Below the pieces are notes generated by a model that was not told the DNA's origin, searched no databases, and saw nothing but the letters and a program-made list of their open reading frames with translations. A stretch of 61,453 nt of DNA from Lachnospiraceae bacterium. Lineage in GTDB: Bacteria > Bacillota > Clostridia > Lachnospirales > Lachnospiraceae. Shown here piece by piece: positions 57,576 through 61,453 of the stretch. The stretch spans positions 1-61,453 of the forward strand of contig JALETS010000093.1 in assembly GCA_022781395.1 (NCBI GenBank), given 5' to 3'. Positions within the stretch are counted from its first letter, which is position 1. Each line of letters opens with the position of its first letter. A program made the position numbers and the translations under genes.

Positions 57576-58634
57576 ATGGAAATGGAAAAGAAATTTATCA
57601 GATCATTTTTCATACGGACATTAATTCTGCTGACAGCAGTCATCGCTGTTGTGGTGATTTTTGACCCTTTTTACCAGTATCATAAACCTCTTCCCGGATT
57701 AAAAGCGGTTCTTACCGACAAGGAATATCAGTGTGTAGGAACACTGCGCAACTTCGACTATAATGCGCTTATTGTAGGCTCCTCCGTCTGTGAAAACTAT
57801 AACAACGGATGGTTTGATGAAGCCTTTGACTGCACGGCCATTAAGGCGATCCGCTCCTACGGCGCAACTGCCGATCTGTGTTATCTGCTTGATATTGCCT
57901 ACGAAGATCACGATCTGGACTATGTTTTTTATAATATAGATCCTTCATCCCTGTCGGCAAGTACAGAGTCAACCTATGTATCTACCGGCTGCCCTATGTA
58001 TCTGTACGACCGGAATCATCTGAATGATTATCAGTATGTACTCAATAAAGATGTTCTGATGGAAAAGCTGCCTTATATGCTGGCATTCTCTTTTATCGGC
58101 GATTACGACGAGGGAGATTCCTATAACTGGGCGCAATGGAAGTATTTTGGCCGTGATATGGCTATGGGACTCTATACACGCCTTCCTTCCGTTACCGAGA
58201 TGCAGCCTCAGACAATCGATTCCGAACAGCTTGCCGGCAATATTGCACTGCTGACTGCGCAGGTGGAGGCGCACCCGGAGACTACCTTTAAGTTTTTCTT
58301 CTCCCCCTATTCCATGCTTTGGTGGGACAATGCCTATCGCAACGGCACCCGTGATGCCGTTATTTATGATGAAAAACAGGCTGTCGCTGCGCTACTGGAA
58401 TATGATAACGTAGAAATCTACTTTTATCAGGATGATGAGGAAATTATCACGAATCTGGACAACTATATGGATATGATCCATTTCTCCAAAGACATCAATT
58501 ACTATGTCTATGACAAGCTTGCCAAAGGAGAAGACCGGCTGACCATGGAGAATTATGAAGAGAGGCTTAACGAAATGTACCGGCTCTCTGAAAAAATTGT
58601 AAATGAATATATTTTGGAATATTATGATGAATAG
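57576..58634 (+). CDS. MBOAT partner, SGNH-like (AlgJ/DltD-like) membrane-anchored protein
   Basis: N-terminal TM, 'FDPF', 'IVGSS' nucleophile motif, C-terminal 'DMIHF' (DxxH). Confidence 0.7.
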   Translation: MEMEKKFIRSFFIRTLILLTAVIAVVVIFDPFYQYHKPLPGLKAVLTDKEYQCVGTLRNFDYNALIVGSSVCENYNNGWFDEAFDCTAIKAIRSYGATADLCYLLDIAYEDHDLDYVFYNIDPSSLSASTESTYVSTGCPMYLYDRNHLNDYQYVLNKDVLMEKLPYMLAFSFIGDYDEGDSYNWAQWKYFGRDMAMGLYTRLPSVTEMQPQTIDSEQLAGNIALLTAQVEAHPETTFKFFFSPYSMLWWDNAYRNGTRDAVIYDEKQAVAALLEYDNVEIYFYQDDEEIITNLDNYMDMIHFSKDINYYVYDKLAKGEDRLTMENYEERLNEMYRLSEKIVNEYILEYYDE

Positions 58635-58661
58635 AAATTGATATACGAAAGGAAAAATGCT

Positions 58662-59414
58662 ATGAAATTCATATCATGGAATGTTAATGGATTAAGAGCC
58701 TGTGTGGGCAAAGGTTTTCTGGACTTTCTCCGTCAGGAGGAGGCAGATATTTTCTGTATACAGGAAACGAAGCTACAGGAAGGACAAATTGACCTTCCCC
58801 TGGAAGGATATCATCAGTACTGGAATTATGCTGAAAAGAAAGGTTATTCCGGCACTGCCATCTTCACAAAAGAAGAACCAATCAGTGTATCCTATGGCAT
58901 TGGCATAGAAGAGCACGATCATGAGGGCCGCGTGATTACATTGGAATATCCGGACTATTATTTTATCACTGTCTATACGCCCAATTCCCAGAATGAGCTT
59001 GCCAGATTAGACTATCGTATGAAATGGGAAGAGGATTTTCTTGCTTATCTGAAAAAACTGGAAGAAACAAAACCGATTATCTTCTGCGGCGACCTGAACG
59101 TGGCACACAAAGAAATAGACCTGAAAAATCCCAAGACCAACCGCATGAATGCCGGCTTTACGGATGAAGAACGTGCAAAGTTCACTGCCCTGACAGAAGC
59201 AGGCTTTATAGATACGTTCCGTTACTTCTACCCTGACCTGGAAGGTACATATTCCTGGTGGTCCTACCGGTTCAGCGCCAGAGCCAAGAATGCGGGATGG
59301 CGTATCGACTATTTTCTTGTGTCAGAATGTCTGAAGGACAGATTGGAAGATGCCCTTATCTATAAAGATGTAATGGGCTCTGATCACTGTCCTGTAGGGT
59401 TGATTATGAAATAA
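58662..59414 (+). CDS. xth: Exodeoxyribonuclease III / AP endonuclease
   Basis: 'SWNVNGLRA', 'IQETK', 'GYSG', 'GDLNVAH', 'GWRIDY', 'SDHCP'. Confidence 0.96.
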   Translation: MKFISWNVNGLRACVGKGFLDFLRQEEADIFCIQETKLQEGQIDLPLEGYHQYWNYAEKKGYSGTAIFTKEEPISVSYGIGIEEHDHEGRVITLEYPDYYFITVYTPNSQNELARLDYRMKWEEDFLAYLKKLEETKPIIFCGDLNVAHKEIDLKNPKTNRMNAGFTDEERAKFTALTEAGFIDTFRYFYPDLEGTYSWWSYRFSARAKNAGWRIDYFLVSECLKDRLEDALIYKDVMGSDHCPVGLIMK

Positions 59415-59425
59415 AATTAGAATTT

Positions 59426-60106
59426 TCATAGAAAATCTACCGACAGAACCTTGTCCGATTTCATGAGGATTCCATACACTTCTTCGTTATTGACAATCCT
59501 TTTCGCATAAAGTACCAGATGTACGGCAATCCCTTCCCCTTTAATTGTAGGCTTGCTCATTTCCATGGAATCAACGCTGATGTCTGCTTCCTTTAGATTT
59601 TGCAGTACCTCATGCAGATACTGCCCCCGCTCTAAATCAATAAACACACTGCAATAATGTGAATTCTTGGTGGCAAACCGCTCCGCATAAGGAAGCACAT
59701 GAAGAGAAAGTAACATCATCGCAGTAATCAACACACCTCCATCTATGAAACCAATACCCACAGCAAGTCCCACACTGGCGCTTGCCCATAGAGTCGCCGC
59801 CGTTGTCAAACCTCTTACCCTGTGGTTGGCTATGATAATCGTTCCAACACCAATAAAGCCGACACCGCTGATAACCTGGGCTGCCAGCCGATTCATATTG
59901 GCAAGACCCGGGAAATTTACCTGAATATATTGTTCTGTCAGCATTACCAGAGTAGCACCCAGACACACAACCGTAATGGTTTTGGTTCCCGCACCGCGAT
60001 GCTTCATACCACGATCCAATCCGATCAAACCACCCAATACGGTAGCTACCACAATCCTGATAATAATATTCTGTACTGTCCAGTCTGCATAATTACCAAA
60101 AATCAT
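59426..60106 (-). CDS. MgtC/SapB family protein
   Basis: 'GGLIGLDR', 'RLAAQVISGVGFIG.GTI', 'GLTTAATLW'. Confidence 0.92.
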   Translation of the reverse strand: MIFGNYADWTVQNIIIRIVVATVLGGLIGLDRGMKHRGAGTKTITVVCLGATLVMLTEQYIQVNFPGLANMNRLAAQVISGVGFIGVGTIIIANHRVRGLTTAATLWASASVGLAVGIGFIDGGVLITAMMLLSLHVLPYAERFATKNSHYCSVFIDLERGQYLHEVLQNLKEADISVDSMEMSKPTIKGEGIAVHLVLYAKRIVNNEEVYGILMKSDKVLSVDFL

Positions 60107-60130
60107 ATGTATCCCCCTATTTCCCGCTTA

Positions 60131-60463
60131 TCAGATTCCAAACATTTTTCTGAGTGGATTCACACCCTTGGCCTGCTCCAAAATCATATCCTTTTCCTGA
60201 ACAAGATATTCTTTTAACTGCACAAGCTCTTCTTCACTAAATCCTTCCGACTTTTCAATCACGCCATCCGGCACTATTCCTTCCGCCCAGCATTTATCCC
60301 GCAAAAAGGAAACTCTGGTGAAAGATTTACCATCCTTTTTAATCATACCGGAAATAAGCATATTAATATCCGTACTTATATTTGTGGCCTTTATACTTTC
60401 CTCTGTTTTCTGTATTTCCTTTACTTTTCGATCTTTTTTCTTAGATAATGTAACGTTTTCCAT
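60131..60463 (-). CDS. Hypothetical protein
   Basis: 110-aa ORF with GGAG RBS, co-oriented with the MgtC gene. Confidence 0.7.
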   Translation of the reverse strand: MENVTLSKKKDRKVKEIQKTEESIKATNISTDINMLISGMIKKDGKSFTRVSFLRDKCWAEGIVPDGVIEKSEGFSEEELVQLKEYLVQEKDMILEQAKGVNPLRKMFGI

Positions 60464-60629
60464 AATTGTTCTCCATATTGGAACAGTTCATTGCTACGCT
60501 TGCCAATACTCTTATTTTAAGCTTACCATTCTCATTTTAAAAATCAAATACTATTTTTTCATTATCCACAAAAATACGGCTTTGCTTTTATCATTATAGC
60601 TTTAAATATAAAAATTCGATTAAATATAT

Positions 60630-60760
60630 TTGACAGGATGATAAATGTATGATATAAAAAAAGAGTGATATCCGTAAAGCAAACGGTTCACCTTGGTTTA
60701 TAGTTGCAAATCAGAACAGCAACCTTACCTTTGGCGTTGGCGGTTGCTGTTTTGATTTTC
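60630..60760 (+). ncRNA. Putative antisense (antitoxin) sRNA with its promoter
   Basis: TTGACA(60630)-17-TATAAA with TG extension; about 95-nt transcript ending in a 17-bp hairpin (60708-60758) that overlaps the 3' end of the small ORF. Confidence 0.6.
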
Positions 60761-60892
60761 TCTATTTCTGTGATTTTGTCCTATACTGATACAAGTTACC
60801 AGAATACTGATTACTGTCACAGCAATGCTGACAATACCCACAATCGTATCGAATATCATATGTACCGAAATACCCTTTCGTAGATTTTCCAT
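60725..60892 (-). CDS. Small single-TM peptide, putative type I toxin
   Basis: AAGGAGG RBS; hydrophobic core 'IVGIVSIAVTVISILVTCISI' and basic tail; own promoter TTGAAT-17-TATGAT (61010-60982). Confidence 0.65.
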   Translation of the reverse strand: MENLRKGISVHMIFDTIVGIVSIAVTVISILVTCISIGQNHRNRENQNSNRQRQR

Positions 60893-61199
60893 AGGCAAAA
60901 CCTCCTTCAATGGAAGTTCTCAGATGTATATCCGGCGAAAGGTGAACCGCTTACCCGTTTTGGATACCACTCCATGGTTTCATCATACCATCTTTTTTAT
61001 CCGTATTCAATATAATTTACTAATTATCGTTATTACGTTTATATAGTCTTTGATGTACTCAAAAATAAACTAATCATATACTGTTTTTCATTATTTCTGG
61101 AATAAATCTTACACCTAATATTTCTCTCAAAAAAAATCCTATCTGTCTTTATAATTATTGAAAAAAAATAATATTTTATTGATAAACGATAAATATTTG

Positions 61200-61228
61200 T
61201 TGACATTCATTTTAAGTGGTGTTATTGT
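61200..61228 (+). promoter_or_regulatory. sigmaA promoter of DUF2975-like gene
   Basis: TTGACA-17 bp-TATTGT. Confidence 0.55.
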
Positions 61229-61267
61229 ATGCTTAACACATAACACAGGAAAGGTTTGGTTACTATT

Positions 61268-61453
61268 ATGAAAGACAAACTTACTTTATTTACCAAGTAT
61301 CTGTTAGACTTTATGTTTTACATGGGAATTGTTGTAATTATAACACTTCCATTCAGCATTAAATTATACGGTCATTACAATACATATTTTGCGGAGAATT
61401 ATTATTCCCTTTGCGTAATCTTCTTCCTATCCGGTATCTTTGCCGTACTGATT
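61268..61453 (+). CDS. DUF2975-like membrane protein, partial
   Basis: Open to window end: MKDKLTLFTKYLLDFMFYMGIVVIITLPF... Confidence 0.6.
   Translation, partial: MKDKLTLFTKYLLDFMFYMGIVVIITLPFSIKLYGHYNTYFAENYYSLCVIFFLSGIFAVLI

Noticed and set aside
1-61453. CRISPR array, IS element, prophage, rRNA
   Set aside because: No regularly spaced repeats, transposase, integrase, phage structural genes or rRNA-like sequence recognised

Overview
Chromosomal window from a motile, spore-forming Clostridia-class firmicute; gene content and protein families point to Lachnospiraceae (inference). Most genes are on the minus strand. From left to right: a partial large BspA-type LRR/InlB-B-repeat surface protein; a 10-gene Gram-positive Tad/Flp pilus operon with two prepilin peptidases, a TadE-like pilin ending in twin Cys/His metal-binding modules, an Ig-containing TadC and a DUF6382-like/FHA protein; bofA and yaaL; a sigma28-type operon of a 1038-aa DUF6240/FliK-like gene, a divergent flagellin and fliS; glgB; a TPR/degenerate-AAA+ protein; rsmA, tatD, tRNA-Lys(CTT); transporters; ComFB, CarD-like, CheC-like and EAL-HDOD signalling genes; ahcY and mtaD; a feo iron-uptake operon with Fur-like and DtxR-like boxes; pgi, murG; a seven-gene surface glycosylation operon (class II aldolase, tandem BcbE-like nucleotidyltransferase, GT-C fused to a phosphoribulokinase-like kinase, HAD, GT2, PLC-like phosphodiesterase, second GT-C); an MBOAT pair; exonuclease III; MgtC; and a probable type I toxin-antitoxin locus. 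No transposase, integrase, prophage or CRISPR array was seen. The best candidates for undescribed biology are the glycosylation operon (possible lipid-linked ketose transfer), the Tad pilus with a possible DNA-binding pilin, and the DUF6240-flagellin operon with a structured leader. All family calls come from motif recognition by eye, not database searches.
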